From: an uncultured Methanobrevibacter sp.
Lineage (GTDB): Archaea; Methanobacteriota; Methanobacteria; Methanobacteriales; Methanobacteriaceae
Assembly (NCBI RefSeq): GCF_902785855.1
Contig: NZ_CADAAJ010000001.1
Length of the DNA stretch: 64,000 nucleotides
Strand: one strand, 5' to 3'
The translations under genes were made by a program, and so were the position numbers. Shown here piece by piece: positions 8,653 to 19,943 of this stretch. The notes beneath the pieces were generated by a model. That model had not been told where the DNA came from. It made no database searches and saw only the letters and a program-made list of their open reading frames with translations. Numbering within the stretch: position 1 is the stretch's first letter; every line of letters starts with the position of its first letter.

Positions 8653-8841
8653 CTCTTAAAAATTTTTCAAATAACTAAAAGTTATGAAATTTCAGTTACA
8701 TTTTTAATATTTATAGCTAATTATATAAAATATTTATCTTTTTTGCTGATTTTTGTATATAGATTAATAAAAATTATTTTTAATTATTGTGTGGTGATGT
8801 AATGTGATAGGATATATATTTTGTTAAATTATTTAAGCATA

Positions 8842-9699
8842 TTATTGTATATAAAGTCCCATTCCTGTAGCACTTATTTGTATATCTCCTTTTATACTAA
8901 CAAGATTGTATTTTATTGATAAATTTAAAATAGCATTACCTTGGTCATTTTTTATTTCATTTGATAATTTTGTCAGACATTCATCCTTTCCATGTTTTAT
9001 TTTTTTAAGGAATTCTTTTTCTGCACGTTCAGGTTCTAAATGTATCAATTTTCTATCATTTTCAATAATAACATATGCTTGGTAATTTCCAATGACTTTA
9101 TGTTTTTTATCATTCATATCAGTACTTGTTAAAAAGAAAAAGTTTAAATTGTTTAAATAATGATTACTTTCACTTTCATCAAAATGCGGAACAGTTCTGC
9201 TTTTAATTTCTTCTTCTGTTTCTTCCCGATATCTGCTTAAAACATCTTTTGCAAAATTTATCATTGGTTCGCTAATATGTTTAAGTGATCCGATAGTTTG
9301 TGATATGATGCCTCCTATAACAACTAAAAATATATAATTTATAAGTGTTGGAAATGCTGCTTGTAAAATAACAATTATTGCTCCGGCAGTTATAATATTA
9401 AATCCTAATGTGGGATTTTTTAAAATAAAACTATAAAATGTTGTATCAATGAATAAAATAAATGCACTGATTGCACCAAGGTTTTCTTTAAGAATTCTAT
9501 TTGCAAGTTCTGTTTCAACATATCCTGCAACTAATGGTGCGAAAATTAGTCCTAAATTCCATCCGAAAATAGCAATATTGAGCAGAATAAAAATTATATA
9601 AACAATAATTCCCACACCAGTACCTACTGCTATGCAGAATATACTTTTAACTAAGCGATTTAAATCTAATTCTTTATTTCTAATCTTCATTTTCTTCAT
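8842..9699 (-). CDS. Membrane protein with a C-terminal YbjQ-like domain
   Basis: The N-terminal half is polytopic. The C-terminal part [30 protein letters not shown] resembles the YbjQ/UPF0145 fold. Confidence 0.55.
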   Translation of the reverse strand: MKKMKIRNKELDLNRLVKSIFCIAVGTGVGIIVYIIFILLNIAIFGWNLGLIFAPLVAGYVETELANRILKENLGAISAFILFIDTTFYSFILKNPTLGFNIITAGAIIVILQAAFPTLINYIFLVVIGGIISQTIGSLKHISEPMINFAKDVLSRYREETEEEIKSRTVPHFDESESNHYLNNLNFFFLTSTDMNDKKHKVIGNYQAYVIIENDRKLIHLEPERAEKEFLKKIKHGKDECLTKLSNEIKNDQGNAILNLSIKYNLVSIKGDIQISATGMGLYIQ

Positions 9700-10015
9700 A
9701 TTTTATTGCAGTACCATAAGCAGTAACAAGAATGGTATTACCCATGGTACCACCAAGATTATCATAAGAAATTTTAAGTCCGATGATAGCATTAGCTCCT
9801 AATTCTTCGGCTTTATCAACCATACTGTTTAAAGTTAAATCACGAGCTTTTTGAATTTCTTCTTCGTATTTTGAAGTTCTACCACCAACAACATCTCTAA
9901 CTCCTGAAAATAAATCTTTATAAATATTAGAACCAATTAAAGATTCTCCAGTAACTAATCCTTTATATTTAATAATTTTTTTATTTTCTAAGGTGTTTGA
10001 AGATGTTAATATCAT
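9680..10015 (-). CDS. YbjQ/UPF0145 family protein
   Basis: [33 protein letters not shown]...[13 protein letters not shown] is the typical YbjQ signature. Confidence 0.85.
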   Translation of the reverse strand: MILTSSNTLENKKIIKYKGLVTGESLIGSNIYKDLFSGVRDVVGGRTSKYEEEIQKARDLTLNSMVDKAEELGANAIIGLKISYDNLGGTMGNTILVTAYGTAIKYEENED

Positions 10016-10023
10016 TTAAATCA

Positions 10024-10215
10024 CTATTTAACAAAGGTCATAATTGCCCAAATTATTAAAAATATTGCAATAACAATGTATAAAATAATTCTTGATCTTT
10101 TTGTTTGTGCTAATCTTGCATCCCAGACTTTTTGACAATCTGGTGAGCATACAAGTTCATTTAAAGGTATTGGGGTTCCACAAATTGGACAATGTTTGTG
10201 TGGTTCTATAGCCAT
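10024..10215 (-). CDS. Zn-ribbon membrane protein (DUF2116-like)
   Basis: HKHCPICGTPIP...CSPDCQKVW is followed by a C-terminal transmembrane helix. Confidence 0.6.
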   Translation of the reverse strand: MAIEPHKHCPICGTPIPLNELVCSPDCQKVWDARLAQTKRSRIILYIVIAIFLIIWAIMTFVK

Positions 10216-10226
10216 TTTATCATCTC

Positions 10227-11015
10227 CTATATTTTAAAAAATTCTTTAGTATTTTTATTAACTTGATTTGCAAGTTCTTCTTCATCGATTCCCATACAAA
10301 GTGCAATTGTTTTGAGGATGTGAGGTAAATATTTTGGTTCATTTCTATTCTTTTTAGGTTTCACATCAAAGTTTTTTGGTATTAAGAATGGGGCATCAGT
10401 TTCAATCATCAATTTTTCCGGTGGAATTACAGTCACTGCTTCTTGTAAGTCACGTCCTCTTTTCATATCACAAATCCATCCGGTTACTCCAATGTAACAT
10501 CCTAAATCAATGTAATTTTGTGCTTCCTGTTTTGTTCCAGTAAAACAATGAACAACAGATTTTTCAGCAATATTGTCATATTTTTTCAATATATTATATA
10601 AATCTTCATGTGCTTCTCTTTCATGTAAAAATAAAGGCATATCAATTCTATCAGCTAATTGTACCTGTGCTTCAAACCATTTTCTTTGAATGGGTTGTGG
10701 TGAGAAATTTCTATTATAATCAAGACCACATTCACCAATAGCTACAACACATTTTTTTTGAGCTATTTTTTCTAATTCAAAAATTGTATGGCCATTACAT
10801 TGTTTGGCATCATGAGGATGCACTCCTGAAGTTGAAAATAAAATTTCAGGATACTTTGATGCATATTCTGCAGCCATATGGCTGGAATGTACATTAGTTC
10901 CAGTAATAATAAATTGTTTTACTCCAGCATTATTTGCCTGTTTGATTATTTCTTCTCGATCTTTTCTAAAAGAAGAATGCATTAAATTCAGGCCAATGTC
11001 AATAAGATTATCCAC
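10227..11015 (-). CDS. TatD family metal-dependent hydrolase/DNase
   Basis: IDIGLNLMH..., GVHPHDA, AIGECGLDY, LFLHEREAH, VHCFTG and METDAPFL are the conserved TatD blocks. Confidence 0.85.
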   Translation of the reverse strand: MDNLIDIGLNLMHSSFRKDREEIIKQANNAGVKQFIITGTNVHSSHMAAEYASKYPEILFSTSGVHPHDAKQCNGHTIFELEKIAQKKCVVAIGECGLDYNRNFSPQPIQRKWFEAQVQLADRIDMPLFLHEREAHEDLYNILKKYDNIAEKSVVHCFTGTKQEAQNYIDLGCYIGVTGWICDMKRGRDLQEAVTVIPPEKLMIETDAPFLIPKNFDVKPKKNRNEPKYLPHILKTIALCMGIDEEELANQVNKNTKEFFKI

Positions 11016-11023
11016 TAAATCAC

Positions 11024-11701
11024 CTATTTACTAATGACTTTTGTACCTACATTTTCACCATTAATTGCTTTAATTAGGTTTTCAGGTTCATAACCATTTG
11101 TAATTACAGTTTGTAATTTTGACCTTTTAATCATCTGCGCAGCTGTTGTGTCGAAAAATTCATAAGTTCCAGCTTTAACATCTTTACCACTTAAAAATTC
11201 AAGTAAATCAGTTGCTGTTATTTCACTAACGAGTTCTGCATCATCAAATTTATTTGGATCTTTTGTATACATTCCATCAACAGAAGTTAGGTTGATAAGT
11301 TGATCAGCATTAATGTATTCTGCTAATATTGCAGATACTGCATCAGTACTGTGAGCAGGTTCTGTTCCACCCATCACAACGATTTTTCCACTAGCTGAGA
11401 ATTCTAATGCTTCTTGGAAGTTGTGTGGTACTCTTTGATATGCAATATCTCCAAGTGCGGATAATAATAATTTTGCATTGATTCTTGTAACTTCAATTCC
11501 AATATCATCACATTGTGCTTCACCAGCACCTAAATCACGAACTACTCTGATGTATTCTCTGGCAGGTTTACCTCCACCAACTACAACAAATAATTCATGT
11601 TCTTTTGATAAATCTTTTAAAATAGAACTATATTCTTGGAATTTTTTACAATTATATTCTTTTAATAAAATAGATCCTCCAATTGCAATAACAATTTTCA
11701 T
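11024..11701 (-). CDS. pyrH: UMP kinase, archaeal type
   Basis: KIVIAIGGS..., [10 protein letters not shown] and [15 protein letters not shown] are present. The length is about 225 aa. Confidence 0.9.
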   Translation of the reverse strand: MKIVIAIGGSILLKEYNCKKFQEYSSILKDLSKEHELFVVVGGGKPAREYIRVVRDLGAGEAQCDDIGIEVTRINAKLLLSALGDIAYQRVPHNFQEALEFSASGKIVVMGGTEPAHSTDAVSAILAEYINADQLINLTSVDGMYTKDPNKFDDAELVSEITATDLLEFLSGKDVKAGTYEFFDTTAAQMIKRSKLQTVITNGYEPENLIKAINGENVGTKVISK

Positions 11702-11763
11702 ATATTCACCTTTATATAATTTATAATTACAATATTATTTAAATTTTAATAGGTGATTTTTCT

Positions 11764-12456
11764 ATGGATTTGGAAAAACAGATATATGTTAGAAAATCAT
11801 GTAGGAACTATATGGATGAAGAGTTTGATTTGAAGATAATCGATGAGTTTATGGTAAATGTCAAAACTTTAAATGATAATATTAAATATTATTATAAAAT
11901 TTTAAAACGAGATGAAGTTAATTTAAGAACTAGATGGTCTGCACCATATTATTTGGCTTTATTTTCTCAAATTAAAGATAATTATAAAGAAAATATTGGT
12001 TTTGTTTTTCAACAACTTTCACTATATCTTCAAAGTTTAGGTATTGGTAGCTGTTGGGTAGGTATGGGGTCGATTAAAGAAAAAAATTCTGAATTTGTTA
12101 TTTTAATTTCTTTTGGAAAATCAGATAAAATTTCAAGAGATATATCAAAATTTAAACGTAAATCATTAGAAGATATTTCTGATTATGCTGATGAAAAATT
12201 AAAACCAGCGCAATTGGCTCCTTCAGCTATTAATTCACAACCTTGGTACTTTAAACATTCAGATGAAGGATTTGATGTTTATCAGGTTCAACAGAATATT
12301 ATAAAACGTCAAATATTGAAAAAATGGAATCCAATAGATGTAGGTATTAGTTTGGCTCATTTGTATGTAGCTAATGAGGAAACCTTTGAATTTTATATTA
12401 AAAAAGATTTTGAAAAAATTAAAGGCCATACATATATTGGAAGTATTAAAATTTAA
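11764..12456 (+). CDS. Nitroreductase family protein
   Basis: N-terminal VRKSCRNY and PSAINSQPW motifs are present. Confidence 0.65.
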   Translation: MDLEKQIYVRKSCRNYMDEEFDLKIIDEFMVNVKTLNDNIKYYYKILKRDEVNLRTRWSAPYYLALFSQIKDNYKENIGFVFQQLSLYLQSLGIGSCWVGMGSIKEKNSEFVILISFGKSDKISRDISKFKRKSLEDISDYADEKLKPAQLAPSAINSQPWYFKHSDEGFDVYQVQQNIIKRQILKKWNPIDVGISLAHLYVANEETFEFYIKKDFEKIKGHTYIGSIKI

Positions 12457-12470
12457 AAAAATAAAAGGGA

Positions 12471-13154
12471 TTATTCATCTTGTGATGATAATCCTTTGTA
12501 TAATAGTCCTGCTATGACAGAACCGACAACTGGAGCTAAAATAAATACCCAAACTTGTTGTAGTGCTTGCCCTCCAATAAAAAGAGCAGGTGCTAGACTA
12601 CGTGCTGGATTAACAGATGTTCCAGTTAATGGAATTCCCATTATGTGAACGAATGCAAGAGTTAAACCAATAACAATTCCTGCAACAGTTGCATTTTCTG
12701 CTTTTTTAGTCACACCAAGTACAGTAAATACAAATACAAAAGTTAAGATAATTTCAACAATTATTGCTCCTATAACTCCAATTCCGACACTTGATGCACT
12801 TCCAAATCCGTTTTGACCAAGACCTGTTGCAGCATAACCTCCAAGGCTTGGTGCAGAAGTGATAATGGCAATTAAAAGACCAATTCCTATAATTGCTCCA
12901 ATACATTGGAATATAATATAAAGAAATGTGTCTTTAGCATTTAATCTACCATCAATCCACATTGCAATTGAAACAGCTGGATTAACATGACATCCTGAGA
13001 TGTCTCCAATCACATAAGCCATTGCTATAATTGATAATCCAAATGCCATTGCTATTCCGAGTGTTCCTAATGTAGGTCCTGCTATTGCAGCACTTCCACA
13101 TCCGAACAATACAAGAACCATAGTTCCAATTAATTCTGATACATATCTTTTCAT
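12471..13154 (-). CDS. aqpM: Aquaporin (MIP family, AqpM-like)
   Basis: There are two NPA boxes (SGCHVNPAVS and GTSVNPARS) and six transmembrane helices. Confidence 0.9.
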   Translation of the reverse strand: MKRYVSELIGTMVLVLFGCGSAAIAGPTLGTLGIAMAFGLSIIAMAYVIGDISGCHVNPAVSIAMWIDGRLNAKDTFLYIIFQCIGAIIGIGLLIAIITSAPSLGGYAATGLGQNGFGSASSVGIGVIGAIIVEIILTFVFVFTVLGVTKKAENATVAGIVIGLTLAFVHIMGIPLTGTSVNPARSLAPALFIGGQALQQVWVFILAPVVGSVIAGLLYKGLSSQDE

Positions 13155-13169
13155 AATTTTCCTCCTTAG

Positions 13170-14303
13170 TTACAATCTCTTAATTCTTTTAAATAACAAA
13201 TATGCTATCAATAACACAAAGAATATTAATATGAATGGGAGTAAGTGGAGTAGTATTGAATCATTAACTTTGTCAAATTTATATTCTTTTTCAAAGCCCA
13301 TGTGTTTACTGTCTGTGTGATTTTGTGTTATTTCAGCAAAATTATATAGTAAATCATAATAACCTATTTGCGCACCTTCATATTCAATAGAATCTGGTGC
13401 TCTTCCATTTTCATCCATATATTGTTTAACTATTCCTCCCATTTTGAAATAATCGTATACGGAGTAAGTATTTTTATTAAAAAATGAAATGCCCAGTGGA
13501 TTTTCAGGTTCATCATAATATTTTACATTTTCCAGTCCGTTACCATTTAAGTATGCACTTGTTTGATATAGGAGTTGCGGTCCGGAATAATTTCCATATT
13601 TGCCGTCCATTTTTGTATCGTTGCTGTTTAATAATTCTTTACATGCACTTGCTACAACTGAAGGTTTTACAACATTTGTGGAAACCAGACCATCACTGTA
13701 TAATTTGGTGTTATTATTATGTTTGTTTATAATATTTATTGTTTCTTGTGCAATTTCTTTTGTCATTTCTTCATCATATTTGTCGATATAACCATTAGGA
13801 CCATTATTTGGGAATTTGCTCAATGGCTGAATATAATAAATTCCTGCATTTTTAAGAAATGTTCCTGGGTCATGTAATCCTGCTAATGATTCATTGGAGT
13901 AATTATCGTCCCATGCTCTTCTTAGATAATTACTGTGGTTGTCTAAATTGTAATCTCCAGTATTAACAAATACAATTTGTTTACTACTGTTTGTTGTGGA
14001 TTTTACTAATTGTAAGAAATTTCCAGCATCTGATGCAGCAAGACATATACTTATATCACTTGTTACTTCAATAGCTCGCCATCCTTCGCCTGGAGATGGT
14101 GCTTGATTATCAACTATAACTTGTAAACTTCCATTACTCATATCTTCAATATGGTTTTTAAGGGAGTTTAACATTTTTGTGTCTTGTTCTTGGTTAATGA
14201 TATTATCTGATGTAATAAATACAGTTTTAGCTGCACTTACATCTTGAATAATTGGTGTCATTATCATTAACGCAATTATTAGTATTGCTATTTGTCGTTT
14301 CAT
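13170..14303 (-). CDS. Surface-anchored secreted protein, possibly pseudomurein-binding
   Basis: It has a signal peptide (IALMIMTPIIQDVSAA) and a C-terminal transmembrane anchor followed by KRIKRL. VKQYMDENGRAPDSIEY resembles a pseudomurein-binding repeat, but this is weak. Confidence 0.55.
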   Translation of the reverse strand: MKRQIAILIIALMIMTPIIQDVSAAKTVFITSDNIINQEQDTKMLNSLKNHIEDMSNGSLQVIVDNQAPSPGEGWRAIEVTSDISICLAASDAGNFLQLVKSTTNSSKQIVFVNTGDYNLDNHSNYLRRAWDDNYSNESLAGLHDPGTFLKNAGIYYIQPLSKFPNNGPNGYIDKYDEEMTKEIAQETINIINKHNNNTKLYSDGLVSTNVVKPSVVASACKELLNSNDTKMDGKYGNYSGPQLLYQTSAYLNGNGLENVKYYDEPENPLGISFFNKNTYSVYDYFKMGGIVKQYMDENGRAPDSIEYEGAQIGYYDLLYNFAEITQNHTDSKHMGFEKEYKFDKVNDSILLHLLPFILIFFVLLIAYLLFKRIKRL

Positions 14304-14754
14304 ATCTCTGTACCTTAACTTTAATTATATAATAGTTATTTACTTTATCAATAAAATATTTTTTTCATATAACATTAAAAAATTTCCGTGATAATATAAT
14401 ATTTTTTAATTAAGAAGAATTAAACTAGTTTATAAGAAAAAATTTAAATAATTATCTGTCTAATAACTATTTTGAGGATTTAAACAGGTTATCTTTTATT
14501 TTAAGTTAAATTTTGCAAAGATTTATAAAAATATGATTTTGTGTATTAAATTAAAATAATTGTATAATTTGTATCACAGTATTTGATTTGGAAAATACTG
14601 TGTGTGTATGATTAATTAATAATTATGCTTCAATTTATAGAGTTTTTTTAAATTTAATGATAAATAATTATTATTTTTAAATCTAAACTTGAATAAAAAG
14701 TTTAATTGCTGGTTAATAGCTTTTGTTAATTAATAGTTGTTATAGCATCCTCAA

Positions 14755-17700
14755 ATGGTGATTAAAATGTTTAAACTAAAGTTAGCTATTAGCAAAAATT
14801 TTCTAATTTCGCTTCTATTTATAGTTTTAATATTTGGCATTTTCTGCATTAATGTAGATGGAATATATGCTAGTGATAATAATCAAACTGATGATGGATT
14901 CAAATTAGATAAAAATACACAAGATAAACTAAAAAATTCTCAAATTAATAATTTAAAAGAAAATACGCATGACGATATTTTAAAAGCAAATGGAGGTACA
15001 TTTCAGACAATTAGAGATAAAATTAAAAGTACACCTGATGGAGGTACTCTGGTTTTGGATGGAATTTATACAGCATCAAACAGTGATGATGTAATTGTTG
15101 TTAACAAACCAATTACAATAACTTCAAATTCACCGACTATTTTAAATGGTATGGGAATATCTCAAATTTTTAAATTTAAATCAAAAGCAGTAGGATCAAC
15201 AATTTCAAATCTAAAATTTATCAATGGTTATGCTGTTAAAGGTGGTGCAATTCTAATTGAAGGCAAGGATATTAGTGTTTTCAATTGTATATTTGAAGAA
15301 AATAAAGTAAGTTATGTTGGAGGAGCTGTTGCATCAAGTTATAATACAACCACACCAAGTAATGCACTTATACAAGATTGTCAGTTTATAAAAAATAGTG
15401 CAACAATTTCTGCTGGAGCTCTTGCATTGTTTGGAGATAATTCAAAAGTGATAAATTGCATATTTGATTCAAATTATGCAACAAATGATTTTGGAAATGA
15501 CAGTTATGGGGGTGCAATACAGATAGGAATGGATGGTAGTCAATCAAGATGTCAGGTTATTGATTCAACATTTATTAATAATTGGGCATTTTCAAATTCT
15601 TTATTCCACTCTCACGGGGGTGCAGGTTGTGTTCGTAACGGAGTTGAATATACTGGATGTAAATTTATTAATAACTCTGCAGGTGAAGGTGGGGCATTAA
15701 CATTTCATGCTTCTGGAGTAATAGATAACTGTATATTTATTAATAATACTGCCAGAGATTATGGTGGAGCTTTATCAACAGGATTTTTATATACTGGTGC
15801 TATGAAATTAAGAATTTTAAATTCTGACTTTGATGGGAATTCTGCGCCCTATGGTGGAGCTATTCAATTGGCTGGAGAGAATATTTATGTTGAAAATTCA
15901 AAATTCAATAAAAATTTCGCATCAATTAATGGAGGAGCAGTAAACATTGCTGCAACAACAGTTGAATTATTTAATAATAATTTTAATAATAATTGGGCTA
16001 ATGTTGATGGTGGTGCGGTCTATATTAAAGGCAGAAATACAAAAATTCATCAATCATCCTTCATTTCAAATAGTGCAATTCCTGATGTTAATAAGTATGA
16101 TGATGGTTTAGGTGGTGCAATTTATGTTAATAGTACCAATGCTGAAGTTTTGAACAATGAATTCAAATTGAACACTGCAAGAAACGGTAGTGCAATTTAT
16201 TATGATAAATATGGTGTTAAATTAATATTAAAAAATAATATCATGAGTCAAAATCAGGCATGGGTCTATTGGCTTCCAATTAATGCAAAAAATATTTACT
16301 TTGGTGATAATCAAAATATTTCTTCATTAATTTATGGTGGAAATAATATTGCAAAATATAATAATTTGGATATTTCCAATGCAATTTATAATGCTGCATC
16401 ACATGAAGCTATTGAAATTGACGGTGTAACTCCAATTAAAGGAGCAACTGATGACGGAAGATTGTATCAGGATGATCGTGAATATAATATGGATATAATA
16501 TTGACTGTCGTATATGAAGATGGTAGCATTATTTACAACAAAACATTAGTTTCTTCATATTTGGGGGAAGTTGATGTTTTATTAAGTAATTTGAAAACTG
16601 GAACCTATTATGTAAAGGCAACTCATATTGAAGATACATATTATAAAGGAATTACAAATACTACTTCATTTATTGTTTATCCAAAAGTAGACAATCAAAT
16701 AAAGATTTCTTCAGATAAATTGATTTATAATTTTGATGATTTGGTAGTATGGACAATTAATATTACCAATAATGGTCCTAATAATGCAACTGATGTCGTA
16801 ATTAGTGAAATAATACCTAAAGGATTAATTTATTTCTCTGATACAAGTGGAGGATTATATGATGGGCAAAATCATCAGTTTAATATTTCAAAACTGGATG
16901 TTGGACAAGTTATAACTTTTAAAATATTTACTATTACATGTGGAACCGGTGAAATAGTAAATAATGTCAATATATCTTCTCCTCAATTTGATACTAATTT
17001 AGAAAATAATTATGATGAAGCTATGATATTTGTTAATCCTGCAGCAGATTTGGAAGTTGTTAAAACAGTTAACATTACAAGCCCAAATTATTTGGATATT
17101 ATAAATTGGACAATTGTGGTTAGAAATAATGGTCCTGATATTTCTCACAATATTACTGTTAGTGATATATTACCTTCTTCGTTAATTCCAATTAATTTCA
17201 CAAGGGGGTATGATTTTAAAAGAGGAATTTGGGAGATTGAATCATTGAAAGTAGGTGAGGAAATAATTTTTAATATTATTTGTATGGTAAATGCAACAGG
17301 TTTGATTGAAAATAATGTTCATGTCAAGGGTGCAGAATATGATTATGATTTATATAATAATCATGATAATGAATTGATTAGAGTAAATCCTGCTTGTGAT
17401 TTGGCAATTATTAAATTAGTTAATTCTTCAAATGTTAACTACCATGATTATGTCAAATGGACATTAATAATATTAAATAATGGACCTGACAATGCAACTG
17501 GTGTAAATATCACTGATATTTTACCAAAAGGTTTCACATATATTAACTCCACATTGCCATATGTTAATGGTGTTATAACTGTGGAAAATTTGGCAGTTGG
17601 TGAATTAATCAATATTGATATAATTTGCTTTGTTGAAACAACAGGTAATTACACAAATTTTGCAAATGTTACATGTAATGAATATGATTATAATATGTCC

Positions 17701-19677
17701 AATAATAAAGACAATGAATCTATTGTTGTTAATCCAGCAGCAGATTTGATTGTTGAAAAAGAAGTTAATAATACTGAACCTAAATTTGGCGATTATGTTA
17801 TCTGGAAAATTACAATAACAAATGATGGTCCTGATGTTGCTCATAGTATAGTTGTTTATGATGTATTGCCAAAATCTTTAATTTATTTGGAGGATGATTC
17901 CTTTGGTATGTATAATTACACAACTGGTATATGGAATATCTCACGTTTGGATATAGGTGAAACTGCAGTATTAAATATCAAATCTAAGGTAAATAAAACT
18001 GGAGTCATTGTTAACTATGTAAATGTCACTGCAAAAGAATATGATTATAATTTGGATAATAATTATGATAATGAAACTATCGTGGTCGAACCGGCTGCTG
18101 ATGTAGTTATTATTAAATTGGTTAATAATACAAATCCAAATTATAATGATTTGATTAAATGGGATGTTATTGTATTTAATAATGGTCCTGATAAAGCTAA
18201 TAATGTCAGTGTTAGTGAAATAATGCCTGAAGGATTAATAATAATTAATTCAACATCAACTAAAGGGCTTTATGGAAATAATTTCTGGTTTTTATGCTGT
18301 CTTGAAAATGGTGAAGTTCAAAGTTTAGAAATCATTTGTAGAGTAAATAAAACTGGAAATATGACAAATTATGTTGTGGTCCGATCAGATGAATATGATC
18401 CAAACATAGATAATAATGATGATAATAAAACCATTCAAATACCTCCTGCTGTTGATGTGGAAGTAATTGTTAATGTAAACAATACTCGTCCTCATTTTGC
18501 AGATACTATACTTTGGCAAATCACTGTTAAAAACAATGGTCCAGATAATGCAACTTCAGTTAAATTATCAGATATTATTCCTGATTCATTAATTTTTGTT
18601 GATTATGATGCATCAGTTGGAAATTATTCTAATGGTTTATGGGATATAGGTATATTGAATGTTGGTCGTGTAGAATATTTAAATATTACTTGTATTGCAA
18701 ATGCAGTTGGAAGAATTATTGACAGTGCAAATGCATCAGCATTGGAATATGATTGGAACATGTCAAATAATAAAGATAGTGATGAAATCAATGTTTTACC
18801 TGTTACAGATTTGGCAATTGAGAAAATTGTTAATAATAACAGTCCAAATTATAATGATTTAATTAAATGGTCGTTAATTGTTACAAATAATGGTCCAAAT
18901 GATGCCTCCAATGTTAGAGTAATGGATATGATTCCACATGGATTGCGATTCATTAAATCAAGTGATGATGAAAATTATAAAAATGGATTGTGGAAAGTTG
19001 GTGATTTATCAAATGGTCAAACCAAGCAGTTGGATATATTCTGTAAAGTTGTATCAACAGGTTTAATCACTAACTTTGCAAATGTTTGGAGTGATGATTA
19101 TGACTCTGATTTAGATAATAATCAAGATAATAAATCAATAACTGTTGCTCCAGCTAGTGATTTGGCAATTACAAAAATAGCATCAAAATATAATTATGTT
19201 GTAGGGGATATTATAAAATATACAATTCGTGTTGTTAATAATGGTCCTGATACAGCATATAATATAAAAATTAAAGAAATTTTGGATAAATCTTTAATTT
19301 TGAAATCAGTTAAACCAAGTAAAGGTAAATTCAATAGACTTACACAAACTTGGGAAATTGATAGTTTGGGATTTGGTGAATCTGCAGTTTTGATTGTTTA
19401 TGCTATTGCTAAACAGGGTGGAATTGTTAAAAATGTCGTTAAAGTGTCTAGTGATAACTATGATTATGATTTGAGTAATAATAAAGATTATGCTATAGTT
19501 AATATTGCTAAAAGTGGTAAAAATATAAAAATAACAAAAAAAGACAATAAATTAAATGAAGAAATACCAAAAAATGTTGTTAAAATCCATAATACTGCTA
19601 ATCCTATTGTAATGTTGATTTTTTCATTATTATTTTGTGGGATATTTGTATGTAGTGGATTTTCAAATAAAAGATGA
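14755..19677 (+). CDS. Giant adhesin-like protein (ALP): signal peptide, parallel beta-helix (PbH1) repeats, 8 DUF11-type repeats, C-terminal TM anchor
   Basis: The product is 1640 aa. Repeated GGA(I/V) beta-helix rungs are followed by NNGPD.A..V.V.D.LP.GL repeats. The protein ends with a hydrophobic helix. Confidence 0.9.
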   Translation: MVIKMFKLKLAISKNFLISLLFIVLIFGIFCINVDGIYASDNNQTDDGFKLDKNTQDKLKNSQINNLKENTHDDILKANGGTFQTIRDKIKSTPDGGTLVLDGIYTASNSDDVIVVNKPITITSNSPTILNGMGISQIFKFKSKAVGSTISNLKFINGYAVKGGAILIEGKDISVFNCIFEENKVSYVGGAVASSYNTTTPSNALIQDCQFIKNSATISAGALALFGDNSKVINCIFDSNYATNDFGNDSYGGAIQIGMDGSQSRCQVIDSTFINNWAFSNSLFHSHGGAGCVRNGVEYTGCKFINNSAGEGGALTFHASGVIDNCIFINNTARDYGGALSTGFLYTGAMKLRILNSDFDGNSAPYGGAIQLAGENIYVENSKFNKNFASINGGAVNIAATTVELFNNNFNNNWANVDGGAVYIKGRNTKIHQSSFISNSAIPDVNKYDDGLGGAIYVNSTNAEVLNNEFKLNTARNGSAIYYDKYGVKLILKNNIMSQNQAWVYWLPINAKNIYFGDNQNISSLIYGGNNIAKYNNLDISNAIYNAASHEAIEIDGVTPIKGATDDGRLYQDDREYNMDIILTVVYEDGSIIYNKTLVSSYLGEVDVLLSNLKTGTYYVKATHIEDTYYKGITNTTSFIVYPKVDNQIKISSDKLIYNFDDLVVWTINITNNGPNNATDVVISEIIPKGLIYFSDTSGGLYDGQNHQFNISKLDVGQVITFKIFTITCGTGEIVNNVNISSPQFDTNLENNYDEAMIFVNPAADLEVVKTVNITSPNYLDIINWTIVVRNNGPDISHNITVSDILPSSLIPINFTRGYDFKRGIWEIESLKVGEEIIFNIICMVNATGLIENNVHVKGAEYDYDLYNNHDNELIRVNPACDLAIIKLVNSSNVNYHDYVKWTLIILNNGPDNATGVNITDILPKGFTYINSTLPYVNGVITVENLAVGELINIDIICFVETTGNYTNFANVTCNEYDYNMSNNKDNESIVVNPAADLIVEKEVNNTEPKFGDYVIWKITITNDGPDVAHSIVVYDVLPKSLIYLEDDSFGMYNYTTGIWNISRLDIGETAVLNIKSKVNKTGVIVNYVNVTAKEYDYNLDNNYDNETIVVEPAADVVIIKLVNNTNPNYNDLIKWDVIVFNNGPDKANNVSVSEIMPEGLIIINSTSTKGLYGNNFWFLCCLENGEVQSLEIICRVNKTGNMTNYVVVRSDEYDPNIDNNDDNKTIQIPPAVDVEVIVNVNNTRPHFADTILWQITVKNNGPDNATSVKLSDIIPDSLIFVDYDASVGNYSNGLWDIGILNVGRVEYLNITCIANAVGRIIDSANASALEYDWNMSNNKDSDEINVLPVTDLAIEKIVNNNSPNYNDLIKWSLIVTNNGPNDASNVRVMDMIPHGLRFIKSSDDENYKNGLWKVGDLSNGQTKQLDIFCKVVSTGLITNFANVWSDDYDSDLDNNQDNKSITVAPASDLAITKIASKYNYVVGDIIKYTIRVVNNGPDTAYNIKIKEILDKSLILKSVKPSKGKFNRLTQTWEIDSLGFGESAVLIVYAIAKQGGIVKNVVKVSSDNYDYDLSNNKDYAIVNIAKSGKNIKITKKDNKLNEEIPKNVVKIHNTANPIVMLIFSLLFCGIFVCSGFSNKR
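16681..19506 (+). repeat. Eight tandem DUF11-like coding repeats with a period of about 345-360 nt
   Basis: The blocks W.I.V.NNGPD.A....V.(D/E)I(L/I)P..L and YD.(D/N)..NN.D recur eight times. Confidence 0.8.
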
Positions 19678-19682
19678 TTTAA

Positions 19683-19727
19683 AGTAGCATTTTTGCTACT
19701 ATTTTTATTTTTTTTCAATCGATTTTC
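19683..19727 (+). terminator. Hairpin plus T-tract after the giant ALP gene
   Basis: AGTAGCA-TTTT-TGCTACT is followed by a T-rich run. Confidence 0.4.
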
Positions 19728-19943
19728 TAAAATTTTCCAAGTATTAAAATTATTAATTTCACGATTAATTATTTTATATCTTAACAGAAAAAATAGTCGA
19801 ATACTGCTTCTTTTTTTGAATTTAAACAATACCTTTAAATAAAACTTTTAATAAATATATGTGTAGATATTGATGTAATAATAATTTTTTTTAAAAATTA
19901 ATCGTTAATTCAATATTTTAACAAATTTAAATGAGGTGTAATT

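Noticed and set aside
19488-19829. 113-aa minus-strand ORF overlapping the end of the giant ALP gene and its terminator
   Set aside because: The product is low-complexity. It overlaps the ALP C-terminal anchor and the hairpin/T-tract, and has no RBS or recognisable motif.
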